From NCBI GenBank assembly GCA_045540795.1, contig JAZQHW010000147.1, positions 1-44,752 of the forward strand: a stretch of DNA of 44,752 nucleotides, read 5' to 3'. Source of the stretch: Faecousia sp. Its GTDB lineage: Bacteria; Bacillota; Clostridia; Oscillospirales; Oscillospiraceae. This document shows, one piece after another, positions 35,178 to 44,752 of this stretch. The translations under genes were made by a program, and so were the position numbers. The stretch's first letter is position 1; each line of letters opens with the position of its first letter. The notes below the pieces were generated by a model. It saw nothing but the letters and a program-made list of their open reading frames with translations, did not search any database and was not told the DNA's origin.

Positions 35178-35951
35178 ATGCGAAAAAAGGATTTATGGAT
35201 CTTATTTGGTGCCGTTGCTGCGGCACTGATTTTGGCTGTCAGCCAATTTGCTTACAGAACCATTGAAACAGGTGCCTGGGGGTTAAGCTTTCGTACCGAA
35301 GGACAGCCTCCGGCAGGACCGGTGAGCAACCATCAGCTAAAGGACTATGATGGGGTATATTTGGGAGACCCCACCCAAAAGATCTTGTATCTAACCTTTG
35401 ATGCCGGGTATGAAAACGGCTGCACAGAAAAGATCCTGGATATTTTGAAAGCACATCAAGTACCTGCCGCCTTCTTTTTGGTGGGCAACTATATAGAAAA
35501 GAATCCGGATCTGGTTCGCAGGATGGTGGCAGAAGGACATATTGTAGGCAATCACACTATGCACCACCCGGATATGAGTAAGCTCACCCAAAAGGAAGCC
35601 TTTCAAAAAGAGCTGAAGGATCTGGAAGATCTCTTTTTCTCCGTCACCGGAAAAGAATTGCCCAAATACTACCGCCCTCCACAGGGGATCTATAGCGAAG
35701 AGAACTTAAAAATAGCGCAGGAACTGGGTTATAAAACGGTATTTTGGAGTCTTGCCTATGTAGACTGGAACAACAATGCCCAGCCGACCCGGGAAACGGC
35801 AATGAAAAAGCTGATTCCCCGAACCCATAACGGCGCAGTGATCCTGCTCCATTCCACATCTGCCACCAACGCAGAATGTCTGGATGAACTCCTCACCCGC
35901 TGGAAGGAGATGGGCTACACCTTCCAGCGGATCAATGACCTGTTTGCATAA
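35178..35951 (+). CDS. pdaA: Polysaccharide deacetylase, PdaA (spore cortex delta-lactam-biosynthetic) type
   Basis: WGLSF, LYLTFDAGYENG, GNHTMHHP, YRPPQG, FWSLAYVDW, ILLH. N-terminal anchor. ATG 35178 is better spaced from GGAGG than 35172. Confidence 0.88.
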   Translation: MRKKDLWILFGAVAAALILAVSQFAYRTIETGAWGLSFRTEGQPPAGPVSNHQLKDYDGVYLGDPTQKILYLTFDAGYENGCTEKILDILKAHQVPAAFFLVGNYIEKNPDLVRRMVAEGHIVGNHTMHHPDMSKLTQKEAFQKELKDLEDLFFSVTGKELPKYYRPPQGIYSEENLKIAQELGYKTVFWSLAYVDWNNNAQPTRETAMKKLIPRTHNGAVILLHSTSATNAECLDELLTRWKEMGYTFQRINDLFA

Positions 35952-35982
35952 AGAAACTGCGGCATTGTACAGCGTAAATAGC

Positions 35983-36011
35983 TTGACAATTTCCCACCAC
36001 TTTCCTATAAT
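35983..36011 (+). promoter_or_regulatory. Consensus sigma-A promoter
   Basis: TTGACA-17 nt-TATAAT upstream of the 36042 gene. Confidence 0.88.
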
Positions 36012-36041
36012 TTCAGTATATATCAAAAAAAGGAGAAGGTT

Positions 36042-37166
36042 ATGATCACAGAGGATAAAATTTTAGAGTATCAAGCTGCCATCAGCGAGACCTTTAATAC
36101 CGGCGACGTGGCAAAGCGTTTTGAATTATCTAATCAACTTTACAATGAAACCAACAAGAACTATTCTTATTTCTTAGGCGCCTGCTATCTGAACGGCTGG
36201 GGTGTTGGACAGAATATTAACTGGGCAGCCCAGCTTCTCACCGGGGCAGCAGACCATCAGGACAATTATAACTATGCCTGCTATCTGGCAGCCATTGCCT
36301 ACTACCGGCTGCAGGATTTCGAAAATGCCTTTGAATGGTTCTGCAAGGCAGAAGAAGCCGGTGTCCGGGACAGCGTTGCCCTGTTTGCAGACTCCGCTGC
36401 TGGCTGTGCATTTAATCTTTGGGAAAAAGTCCGGACCGCCTTCCTGCAAAGTGAGGTAACCCAGGGTGCTTCCATTGTCAAAAAGTTTATGGCCATTGGC
36501 ATTGAACTGTATATGGAGGCTGCCGAACAAGCACCGGAAACTATGAATGCTTCCCTTTATTGCGGATACGCCAGACTGCTGATCCTGATGTACAATATGG
36601 GCACCACAGGAATGCTGGATATGCAGGAAGTTGCTACCGATTCCTTAAGCGGCATCGTTGCCGGCGGTCTGGAAGCACTGCAGAAAATGCTGGATACAGA
36701 GGCACACAATAAGGTCCTTGCAAAATGCATCATCGGTGCCCATTTCCTGGAGGAACACGGTGCACCGCTGGTGGCAGAATATCTCCGTGCCTTCCTGGCA
36801 TTAATGGAGAGTACACGGGATCGGTCTGCCGTTGCATTCTATCGGGCAAGATGGCATATGAAACGAATCGGCGAAATGCGTAACACCGATCCGGACGCTG
36901 CTTTGGTTGCCAATATTTTCACCGATATTGACGGTCAATACCGGTTGGCAGAGCATAAATACAGTGCAACCGTTATGAATATGATGCGGTCCGGTCAACT
37001 GCCGGATCTCACAAAGTCCTTCCTGCCCGGCTATGCGCCGGCTGCAGAAAGCTGCGAAAACTTTATGGTTATGTTCCGGAATGCCCATAGCAGTGCCCAG
37101 CAGTCTGCCACACAAAATCCGGCAGAAAAAGCCGGCGGATTCCTGAAGAAACTTTTTAAGTTCTGA
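36042..37166 (+). CDS. Hypothetical helical protein with Sel1/TPR-like repeats
   Basis: YFLGACYLNGWGVGQNINWAAQLLTGAA and DFENAFEWFCKAEEAG are Sel1-like. RBS AAGGAG. Confidence 0.75.
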   Translation: MITEDKILEYQAAISETFNTGDVAKRFELSNQLYNETNKNYSYFLGACYLNGWGVGQNINWAAQLLTGAADHQDNYNYACYLAAIAYYRLQDFENAFEWFCKAEEAGVRDSVALFADSAAGCAFNLWEKVRTAFLQSEVTQGASIVKKFMAIGIELYMEAAEQAPETMNASLYCGYARLLILMYNMGTTGMLDMQEVATDSLSGIVAGGLEALQKMLDTEAHNKVLAKCIIGAHFLEEHGAPLVAEYLRAFLALMESTRDRSAVAFYRARWHMKRIGEMRNTDPDAALVANIFTDIDGQYRLAEHKYSATVMNMMRSGQLPDLTKSFLPGYAPAAESCENFMVMFRNAHSSAQQSATQNPAEKAGGFLKKLFKF

Positions 37167-37177
37167 GAGGCAGAAAA

Positions 37178-37630
37178 ATGACCTTTATCATTGCTTTAGT
37201 GATCCTGATCATACTTTCCTGCTTTTTTATGGGACTTCGGGCATATATGAGTTTTTGTGCCCTTGTGGTGGGATTGCCTGCCACACTGGTTGGCTTATTC
37301 GGCGAGAAGGCACTTATGATCGCAGGTCTGCTCGCTGTGGCTTATGCCTTCCTGGCAGCCTATTTCACCGTCCGCACTTCCCCTAAAAGTATGCTCCGCC
37401 TGCAGATCCTCCGCTTTTTCGGCTACGGAATGTTTCGCTTTCTCCAGGTGATCATGATCATGCTTATTATCTTTATCCCCCTTGCTAATGTCTTCGGTCA
37501 GTTTGCCCGGAGCTACCGGGATGTGATCATCGTAGACTGTCTGGGAAGAGAAATCGGAAGAACAACGGTAGATGACCGCAACAGAGGACCTAACGGAGAA
37601 GAGTATGATGATCCGGACGATTGGTATTAA
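37178..37630 (+). CDS. Hypothetical integral membrane protein
   Basis: Three to four hydrophobic helices and an acidic C-terminus. RBS GAGG, 11 nt after the previous stop. Confidence 0.7.
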   Translation: MTFIIALVILIILSCFFMGLRAYMSFCALVVGLPATLVGLFGEKALMIAGLLAVAYAFLAAYFTVRTSPKSMLRLQILRFFGYGMFRFLQVIMIMLIIFIPLANVFGQFARSYRDVIIVDCLGREIGRTTVDDRNRGPNGEEYDDPDDWY

Positions 37631-37640
37631 ATTATGATAA

Positions 37641-37674
37641 AACGTGAGCACCTCATTTTTGAGGTGCTCACGTT
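37641..37674. terminator. Hairpin terminator between convergent genes
   Basis: AACGTGAGCACCTCA-TTTT-TGAGGTGCTCACGTT. The T-run follows on the minus (lctP) strand. Confidence 0.85.
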
Positions 37675-37681
37675 CAATATA

Positions 37682-39322
37682 TTAGAGAATGTAAGTAGAA
37701 ACTGCCAAAATAGCAATTACGATCACGGTGTAAACTGCTGCGGGAATGGCACAGGTACGGATGATCCTGCCCTCTCTACCGCCGGTGCCTACTGTTGCAC
37801 AGGCTGCCACTACATTGTTCACACAAATCATATTGCCAATAGAACCGCCCACAATATTCACAGCCACGATCATAATTACATCCAGTCCCAAATTCTGGGC
37901 GGACATATACTGCAGGTTGGTAAACAGTGTAACCGCAACCGTATTGGAGCCGGAAATAAAGGCACCCAAAACACCGATAACAGGAGAAACGATAATGTAC
38001 AGCAGATCGCCAACCTTGGACAATGCCTCAGCCATATAGAAGATCATACTCTTGATTCCAGGGTCTGCCACATCGTTACTGCCGGAGTACCGGAGGATCT
38101 GCACCAGTGCCAAGCCAAACACCAAAGCAACGGCAGCTCCACTAACCTGCTTCAAGGATGCCAGCCAGGCATTTTTTACATCTGCCGCCTTCATTTTGTG
38201 CATAAACACGGTAATGATGGCAACCAGCACAAATACCGTGCCAGGCACGTATGCCCATTTCAAGGTAAATGCCGTGTTGGGTACACCGAACAGGTTGCCG
38301 GTCTTGATCACAAAAATGCCTTCCTGAAGCATCTGCTTGATGCCCAGTGCCGGGATCCGGGTAAGGATCAGAATTACGGCGATCAAAACATAAGGGATCC
38401 AGGCGCGGAGTAAAGACATATTGGAGGGATTGGGTTTTTCCGGAGCGTGGGTTGCTTTCCAGCCTTCATCCCACTCTTCCTCTTTGCCAAAATGCCATAC
38501 GGTTTTGGGAGTCAGGAACCGGAACTTTGCTGCAAGCACAGTAATTATCAATCCGATCAGTGCACCGAAGATGGTGGGGAATTCATAACCGATGAACATT
38601 GCCACCAAAAAATAAGGTACGGTAAAGGACAAGCCTGCAAACAATGCAAAGGGCAGCACCTGCAGTGCAGGCTTGAAGGAACGCTGAGGGCTGAAGAACT
38701 TACACATCATTGCAACTGCAATAAAGGGGATCAGCGTACCAGCAATGGCATGGGGAATGGCAGTCCATACAGACAATGCCTGCCGGAAACCTTCATTGGC
38801 AACTTCCCCACCCAAACAGGCAAAGGCCTGGGCAACGGGTGTACCTATCGCGCCAAAGGCAACCGCTGTACTGTCACAGATCAAAGCAACCACCACCGCA
38901 GCCACCGGCGGGAAGCCTAAGCTCACCAGCAGCGGTCCTGCCAAAGCTGCAGGTGTACCGAAGCCGGCAGCACCCTCGATGAAGGAAACGAACATAAAGC
39001 CAATGATGATCGCCTGCACCCGGGCATCGGGGCTGACTGCTTTAAATCCGTTATTAATGGTGGACATACCGCCGGACATTTTCAGAGTATTCATAACCAG
39101 AATTGCACCGAAAATAATGATCAGCACTTCAAAGGAGCTGAACAGTCCGGAAATGGAATATGCCAACAAGGTAAGCAGTTCCATATTCCAAAAGAAGAAT
39201 CCCAGGATCACAACCATCACCCAGGAGACCGGCATTGCATACTTTGCAGGAACATTGAAAGCAGCCATTGCCACAACACAGAACAGGATCGGGATAAATG
39301 CCAATAATGCGTACATTTTCAT
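37682..39322 (-). CDS. lctP: L-lactate permease family transporter
   Basis: Many TMs. IIFGAI, FIEGAAGFGTPAA, AFGAIGTP, GAFISGSNT, GNMICVNNVVA. Confidence 0.92.
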   Translation of the reverse strand: MKMYALLAFIPILFCVVAMAAFNVPAKYAMPVSWVMVVILGFFFWNMELLTLLAYSISGLFSSFEVLIIIFGAILVMNTLKMSGGMSTINNGFKAVSPDARVQAIIIGFMFVSFIEGAAGFGTPAALAGPLLVSLGFPPVAAVVVALICDSTAVAFGAIGTPVAQAFACLGGEVANEGFRQALSVWTAIPHAIAGTLIPFIAVAMMCKFFSPQRSFKPALQVLPFALFAGLSFTVPYFLVAMFIGYEFPTIFGALIGLIITVLAAKFRFLTPKTVWHFGKEEEWDEGWKATHAPEKPNPSNMSLLRAWIPYVLIAVILILTRIPALGIKQMLQEGIFVIKTGNLFGVPNTAFTLKWAYVPGTVFVLVAIITVFMHKMKAADVKNAWLASLKQVSGAAVALVFGLALVQILRYSGSNDVADPGIKSMIFYMAEALSKVGDLLYIIVSPVIGVLGAFISGSNTVAVTLFTNLQYMSAQNLGLDVIMIVAVNIVGGSIGNMICVNNVVAACATVGTGGREGRIIRTCAIPAAVYTVIVIAILAVSTYIL

Positions 39323-39425
39323 TACCTCTCAATCACAGATTGAATAAATCCTACCATATACAGATTGCTTTCGCTAGAGATATCTTGTATAATAATGGCA
39401 ATATTTTGGTATGGAGGCAATTTTT

Positions 39426-40190
39426 ATGGAAGGAAAAGCCGGTTCGAACCTAAATGACCGCCAATATAAAGTGGTGGTGGCATCCAATTCCCATTTCCCC
39501 AGCCATATTCATAATGTTTATGAGGTTCTGTGTGTCCGGGAAGGCTCTGCCAAAGCAGAGATCAACGGAAAAGAATACTTATTGGAAAAAGGACAGGGTT
39601 TGGCAGTGTTTCCCTTGGAATACCATTCCTATACAGTAGACGTTTCTTCCTGTGTGGAGATTTTCATTTTCTCACCCCATTTTATTGGTGAATTTCAGGA
39701 GCAGGCAGCCGGACGAAAACCCGTGGACGCTTGTTTGAATGTATCTGACATTCCCTCTTTTCCTACCGATAGCAGCAATATTTTGTGCATAAAATCGTTC
39801 TTCTACGATTTGTGCAGCAAATTATTGGACCGTGTTTGTTTGACACAAAGCATCCAGGAGGGCAGTGATCTTTCCCTTTTAGATAAACTGTTCCTATTCG
39901 TGGACAAGCATTATCAAGCCCAGTGTTCCCTTGCCGACGCTGCCCAATCCTTGAAATATGACTATACTTATCTTTCCAAACTTTTCAAAAGCAAAACCGG
40001 TATGCGTTTTAATGATTATGTAAACCAATTTCGCATCGGTCATGCCAACTATCTTCTTTACAGCAGCGACAAAAGCGTAACGGAAATTGCCTATGATGTT
40101 GGTTATAATTCTGTCCGCACCTTTAACTGGGAGTTTCAAAAGATTATGCACACCACCCCGGCAAAATATCAATCCGGTTTAAAACGGTAA
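39426..40190 (+). CDS. AraC-family transcriptional regulator divergent from lctP
   Basis: Cupin FPSHIHNVYE; HTH YLSKLFK...EIAYDVGYNSVRTFNWEF..TP. ATG 39426 after GGAGG. Confidence 0.92.
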   Translation: MEGKAGSNLNDRQYKVVVASNSHFPSHIHNVYEVLCVREGSAKAEINGKEYLLEKGQGLAVFPLEYHSYTVDVSSCVEIFIFSPHFIGEFQEQAAGRKPVDACLNVSDIPSFPTDSSNILCIKSFFYDLCSKLLDRVCLTQSIQEGSDLSLLDKLFLFVDKHYQAQCSLADAAQSLKYDYTYLSKLFKSKTGMRFNDYVNQFRIGHANYLLYSSDKSVTEIAYDVGYNSVRTFNWEFQKIMHTTPAKYQSGLKR

Positions 40191-40230
40191 AAACCACCCT
40201 GTTATGGAAAACCATAACAGGGTGGTTTTT
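40189..40230. terminator. Bidirectional intrinsic terminator
   Basis: AAAAACCACCCTGTTATGG-AAAA-CCATAACAGGGTGGTTTTT. Confidence 0.92.
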
Positions 40231-40513
40231 ACATATCGTCAAGGGAATTTTCCTTTTCTATTTTTGTAAGAAGCTCTTTTTCCCGGACGCGCCGTTTCTT
40301 TAACTCCTGTGCGATCACATCAATGATCTTTTCCGGATACTTGATTCCATCCTCTCTGCCATGGTCCCACAGAACCTCCAGCAGCTTGGATGTAGGGATC
40401 TGACGCACATAGTTTTCAATAGAATATCCTTCCATATCCATACTTTGCCGCTGAAATGCTGCTTTCCGGGGTTGTTTCACAGTGACCTTAACTTTTTTCT
40501 TATTTTGCTCCAT
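40229..40513 (-). CDS. Hypothetical protein (94 aa), last gene of the gyr operon
   Basis: RBS AAAGGA, ATG start, charged helical composition. Fills the gap between remB and the terminator. Confidence 0.6.
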   Translation of the reverse strand: MEQNKKKVKVTVKQPRKAAFQRQSMDMEGYSIENYVRQIPTSKLLEVLWDHGREDGIKYPEKIIDVIAQELKKRRVREKELLTKIEKENSLDDM

Positions 40514-40531
40514 AAGGTGTTTCCTTTCCCG

Positions 40532-40774
40532 TTATTTCAGCCGCTTTTCCAATGTGGCAGAGGACAGTGCAGAAAGATGGACCCGGGACATACCGTATTC
40601 TGTTGTAAGAACAAAGGATTTCGGCAGATCGTCACAGGGTACAACCTGTCCTTCCGCTTCTGCCCGGTTCAAGAATTCCCGTGTCCGCTTGGAGGTGGTG
40701 GTATTGTCCATATCGAAAATACCGATCACCGATGCCTCCCGGACTGCCATATCATTGCCGATGGATAAATACAT
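40532..40774 (-). CDS. remB: RemB/YaaB (DUF370-like) family protein
   Basis: MYLSIG...VIGIFDMD...PKSFVL...LSALSSATLEKR. Confidence 0.85.
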   Translation of the reverse strand: MYLSIGNDMAVREASVIGIFDMDNTTTSKRTREFLNRAEAEGQVVPCDDLPKSFVLTTEYGMSRVHLSALSSATLEKRLK

Positions 40775-40783
40775 AGCGATTCC

Positions 40784-41227
40784 TCAAATACTCTTAAACT
40801 TTTGGGATTGCTCCACTGCCATTTGGTCACACCGGTTGTTCTTAGGGTTGTCTGCGTGGCCTTTGACCCAATGGTAGTGCAGCCGGTGTACCTGTGAAAG
40901 ATCCAGCAGGATCTCCCAAAGATCCGGATTCAACGCAGGTTTTTTATCGGATTTGATCCAGCCCTTTTTCCGCCATCCCCATGCCCAGCCCTTTTCCAAA
41001 GCGTCAATGACATATTTGGAATCGGAGTAAAGCTCCACGATGCAAGGCTCTTTCAATGCCTGCAGACCGGAGATCACGGCAGTCAGCTCCATACGGTTGT
41101 TGGTGGTGCTTTCCGCACCACCGGACAACTCCTTTTCAATTCCGTTAAATTCCAGGATCGCACCCCAGCCTCCGGGACCGGGATTTCCGGAACAGGCACC
41201 GTCAGTATACAAAGTTACGGTTTTCAA
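40784..41227 (-). CDS. rnhA: Ribonuclease HI
   Basis: [40 protein letters not shown] start overlaps the gyrA stop. Confidence 0.97.
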   Translation of the reverse strand: MKTVTLYTDGACSGNPGPGGWGAILEFNGIEKELSGGAESTTNNRMELTAVISGLQALKEPCIVELYSDSKYVIDALEKGWAWGWRKKGWIKSDKKPALNPDLWEILLDLSQVHRLHYHWVKGHADNPKNNRCDQMAVEQSQKFKSI

Positions 41228-43731
41228 GCTTCCGTCTCCTCTTCGGAAATAGCTTCCACCCGCTCCAGAGATACCAGCTTATTGCCTTCCTCGATGCGCA
41301 TAATGATAACACCCTGCACATCCCGCTTATAAACATTGATGGAAGCAGCGGGCACACGAATGATCACACCGCCGTTTTCGATCAGCATAATATCGTCTGT
41401 TTCTTTAACCACACGGCAGCCTGCAACCTTACCGGTCTTGGGTGTGATATTATAGTTTTTAAGACCCTTACCGCCACGGCTCTGGGCAGTCTTTTCGCCG
41501 TTGGCACCGGTACGCAGGTACTCAGAAAGGGCAGTTCGCTTACCGTAACCGTTTTCCGTTACCGTCAGCAGTGTCATTCCCTCTTCTGCCTTCTCTGCAC
41601 CGATCACTTTATCATCACCGGTTAACATAATACCACGAACACCGGCTGCCATCCGTCCCATAGGCCGCAGATCAGTTTCGTTGAAGCAGATTGCCATACC
41701 GTTGGCGGTGGCAAGGATGATATTATCGTTGCCGTTGGTGCGGATCACATTGATCAGCTGATCACCCTCGTCCAGGGTCAGAGCACGGATACCGGTTCTT
41801 CTCCGGGTAGACAGTGCAATAAAGGGGATCCGCTTTACAGTACCCTTCCGGGTAACCATCACCAAATACTCATCCTCGTGGAATTCCCGCGTTACCACCA
41901 TTGCAGTGACAGTTTCACCGGGTTCCAAAGGCAGGATATTTACCATTGCCGTACCCCGGGCAGTTCTGCCAGCCTCCGGAATTTGATAACCCTTCCGGTG
42001 GTGGACCTGTCCACGGTCCGTAAAGAAGAGAATATGATCGTGGGTAGAAGCAGCATTTAAGCTCTTCACGTAATCTTCATCCTTAAGATTCTGGGCATTG
42101 ACACCTCTGCCGCCACGGCTTTGGGTCCGGTAAGTATCCACCGGCATTCTCTTGACATAGCCCTGGTTGGAGATGGTGAATACACACTGTTCCTCTTCGA
42201 TCAAGTCTTCAATATCGATCTCATCCTCGATATCCTGGATCTCAGTCTTTCTTTCATCACCGAATTTGTCCCGGATAGCAATGAGTTCTTCTCTGAGAAC
42301 AGTCTGCAGCTTCTGAGGATCTGCCAGCAATTCATTATAATAAGCGATTTTCTCCTGCAGCTCATCAAATTCTGCCTGGAGCTTTTCCCGGTCAAGTCCC
42401 TGCAATGCTTTCAGGCGCATATCCAGAATTGCCTGTGCCTGCACATCATCCAAACCAAACCGCTGGCACAGACGCTCCTTGGCATCGTCATAAGCACTGC
42501 GGATGATACGGATAACCTCGTCGATATTATCCTGTGCAATGAGCAGACCCTCCAACAGGTGGGCACGCTCCAGGGCTTTCTTCAGATCGTACTGGGTACG
42601 GCGGGTCAGAACTTCCATCTGGAAGGTGAGATACTCGTCAATGATCTGCGGCAGGGACAGGATCCGGGGCTGCTTCTGATCATCTACCAGTGCCAGCATA
42701 ATAATACCGAAGCTGGACTGCAAAGCCGTCTGCTTAAACAGGGTATTCAGCACAACCTGCGGATTGGCATCCTTTTTCAGCTCTATAACCATTCGCATAC
42801 CGTTCCGGTCGGTTTCGTCCCGGAGGTCGGAAATGCCATCCAAACGCTTATCCTTTACCTGTTCGGCAATGTTTTTGATCAGCTGACGCTTATTCACCTG
42901 ATAGGGCAGCTCTGTAACAATGATCCGCACCCGGTCATTTCCAAATTCTTCAAATTCTGTACGGGCACGGACTACCACCTTGCCTCTGCCGGTGGCATAA
43001 GCTGCCCGGATACCGCTGCGACCCATAATGATACCACCGGTGGGGAAATCCGGTCCGGAGATATGATCCATCAGATCCACCATGGTTACTTCCGGATCGT
43101 CCAGCACTGCCACACAGGCATTGATCACTTCCGTAAGGTTATGGGGCGGAATATTGGTTGCCATACCAACGGCAATACCGGAAGAGCCATTGATCAGCAG
43201 GTTGGGGAACCGGCTGGGCAGCACCCGGGGTTCTTTCCGGGATTCATCGAAGTTGGGATCCCAGTTGACGGTATCTTTATCGATATCCCGAAGCATTTGG
43301 TTAGACAGCTTGGAAAGTCTTGCCTCTGTATAACGGTAGGCAGCCGCAGGGTCGCCATCTACAGAACCGAAGTTACCGTGGCCGTCCACCAGCATATAAC
43401 GCATAGAGAAATCCTGAGCAAGACGCACCATTGCATCGTAAACTGAAGCATCACCGTGGGGATGGTACTTACCCAGCACATCACCCACACAGGTGGCAGA
43501 TTTCTTAAAGGGCTTATCAGAGGTCAAACCGCTCTCGTACATTGTATAAAGAATACGGCGGTGTACCGGCTTCAAGCCGTCCCGAACGTCCGGAAGGGCT
43601 CTGCCGACGATGACGCTCATGGCGTATTCAATGTAGGATTTTTCCATTTCATCCACAAGATTGGATGTGGTAATTGCCTGATCCGGGAACAAAATATCCT
43701 CCGGCTTATAATTACGGTTATGCTTAGCCAA
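41224..43731 (-). CDS. gyrA: DNA gyrase subunit A
   Basis: [26 protein letters not shown], GyrA-box QSRGGRG, C-terminal pinwheel repeats. Confidence 0.97.
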   Translation of the reverse strand: MAKHNRNYKPEDILFPDQAITTSNLVDEMEKSYIEYAMSVIVGRALPDVRDGLKPVHRRILYTMYESGLTSDKPFKKSATCVGDVLGKYHPHGDASVYDAMVRLAQDFSMRYMLVDGHGNFGSVDGDPAAAYRYTEARLSKLSNQMLRDIDKDTVNWDPNFDESRKEPRVLPSRFPNLLINGSSGIAVGMATNIPPHNLTEVINACVAVLDDPEVTMVDLMDHISGPDFPTGGIIMGRSGIRAAYATGRGKVVVRARTEFEEFGNDRVRIIVTELPYQVNKRQLIKNIAEQVKDKRLDGISDLRDETDRNGMRMVIELKKDANPQVVLNTLFKQTALQSSFGIIMLALVDDQKQPRILSLPQIIDEYLTFQMEVLTRRTQYDLKKALERAHLLEGLLIAQDNIDEVIRIIRSAYDDAKERLCQRFGLDDVQAQAILDMRLKALQGLDREKLQAEFDELQEKIAYYNELLADPQKLQTVLREELIAIRDKFGDERKTEIQDIEDEIDIEDLIEEEQCVFTISNQGYVKRMPVDTYRTQSRGGRGVNAQNLKDEDYVKSLNAASTHDHILFFTDRGQVHHRKGYQIPEAGRTARGTAMVNILPLEPGETVTAMVVTREFHEDEYLVMVTRKGTVKRIPFIALSTRRRTGIRALTLDEGDQLINVIRTNGNDNIILATANGMAICFNETDLRPMGRMAAGVRGIMLTGDDKVIGAEKAEEGMTLLTVTENGYGKRTALSEYLRTGANGEKTAQSRGGKGLKNYNITPKTGKVAGCRVVKETDDIMLIENGGVIIRVPAASINVYKRDVQGVIIMRIEEGNKLVSLERVEAISEEETEA

Positions 43732-43745
43732 AATGCGTCACCTCC

Positions 43746-44752
43746 TTAAATATCAATATTAATAGCATACTTGGCGTTCTTTTCGATCCATTCTTTCCGG
43801 GGCTCAACCTGCTCACCCATCAAAATGGTAAAGATCTCGTCTGCCCGGCGGGCATCCTCCAGGGTGATTCGCCGCAGTGTCCGCTTCTCCGGATCCATAG
43901 TGGTCTCCCACAGTTCATCCTTATTCATCTCACCAAGACCCTTGAACCGGTTGATGTCCACTTTGGCATTGCTCTCTCCCCGAAGCTCTGCAGAAACCTG
44001 ATCCCGTTCTTCATCGGAATACGCCACTCTCACAGTTTTACCTCTTGTGAGCTTGTAAAGAGGCGGCACAGCAGAATAAACATAGCCGTTTTCGATCATA
44101 GGACGCATATAGCGGAAAAAGAAGGTCAAAAGCAGCGTACGGATATGAGCACCGTCTACGTCCGCATCGGACATAATAATTACTTTGTGATAGCGAAGCT
44201 TTTCAATATCAAAGTCCTCACCGATACCGGCACCCAGTGCCACGATCAGCGGATACAGCTTATCATTGCCGTAGATTTTATCGGCTCTTGCCTTCTCTAC
44301 ATTCAGCATCTTACCCCACATTGCCAGAATTGCCTGGAACCGGGAATCTCTGCCCTGAATGGCAGAACCTGCAGCAGAGTCACCCTCGACGATGTAAATT
44401 TCGCACAGAGAGGGGTCCCGCTCATTGCAGTCCTGGAGCTTATCCGGCATCTGTCCGGATTCCAGACCTGTTTTACGGCGAACGGATTCTCTTGCCTTCC
44501 GGGCAGCTTCTCTTGCCCGGTTTGCCATCATTGCCTTTTCCAGAATGATCTTTGCCGTGGCAGGATGCTCTTCAAAGTAAGTTGCCAGCTCTTCGTTGAC
44601 GATTTGATCTACCAAAGTACGGATATAGGCATTACCCAGCTTTGCCTTTGTCTGACCTTCAAACTGGGCATCTGTCAGCTTTACGGAAATGACGGCGGTG
44701 ATACCCTCCCGGCAGTCCTCGCCGGAGACCTTGTCGTCACCCTTGATGATGC
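43746..44752 (-). CDS. gyrB: DNA gyrase subunit B (5' part beyond the window edge)
   Basis: [33 protein letters not shown]. The frame stays open to the right edge. Confidence 0.96.
   Translation of the reverse strand, partial: IIKGDDKVSGEDCREGITAVISVKLTDAQFEGQTKAKLGNAYIRTLVDQIVNEELATYFEEHPATAKIILEKAMMANRAREAARKARESVRRKTGLESGQMPDKLQDCNERDPSLCEIYIVEGDSAAGSAIQGRDSRFQAILAMWGKMLNVEKARADKIYGNDKLYPLIVALGAGIGEDFDIEKLRYHKVIIMSDADVDGAHIRTLLLTFFFRYMRPMIENGYVYSAVPPLYKLTRGKTVRVAYSDEERDQVSAELRGESNAKVDINRFKGLGEMNKDELWETTMDPEKRTLRRITLEDARRADEIFTILMGEQVEPRKEWIEKNAKYAINIDI

Noticed and set aside
1-44752. tRNA, rRNA, transposase, integrase or prophage genes
   Set aside because: None recognised. Intergenic gaps are short and explained by promoters and terminators.

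Overview
44.75 kb of chromosome from a Bacillota (Firmicutes) bacterium, probably a spore-forming gut clostridium of Oscillospiraceae type. That assignment is inferred from consensus sigma-A promoters, parS sites, pdaA, remB and nfnAB. The window lies close to the replication origin. The right half is mostly housekeeping: gyrB (partial)-gyrA-rnhA-remB, a lactate permease with a divergent AraC gene, pdaA, nfnAB, mscL, serS, parAB with two perfect parS sites, and hflKC. The middle (16.3-26.1 kb) is an eight-gene catabolic-looking operon: Asp-box sialidase-like protein, SDR, HpcH aldolase, aldo/keto reductase, two ceramidase-like amidohydrolases, a lipoprotein, a Gfo/Idh/MocA oxidoreductase and a serine hydrolase. 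The left 16 kb (minus strand) is the most interesting part. First, a pair of Wzz/BY-kinase fusion proteins appears to have split its functions: one has intact catalytic motifs but no tyrosine cluster, the other is a probable pseudokinase with a 21-Tyr Gly-Tyr tail. They flank an Ig-like membrane protein. Second, a tightly coupled operon runs from a ~2540-aa vWA/B-repeat surface protein directly into a candidate RiPP module: an 83-aa Cys-containing precursor with a YxxP leader and C-terminal Ser, an HprK-like kinase, a radical SAM/SPASM enzyme, an acidic membrane-anchored protein and a stand-alone PqqD/RRE. All calls come from motif reading only; no database searches were run.
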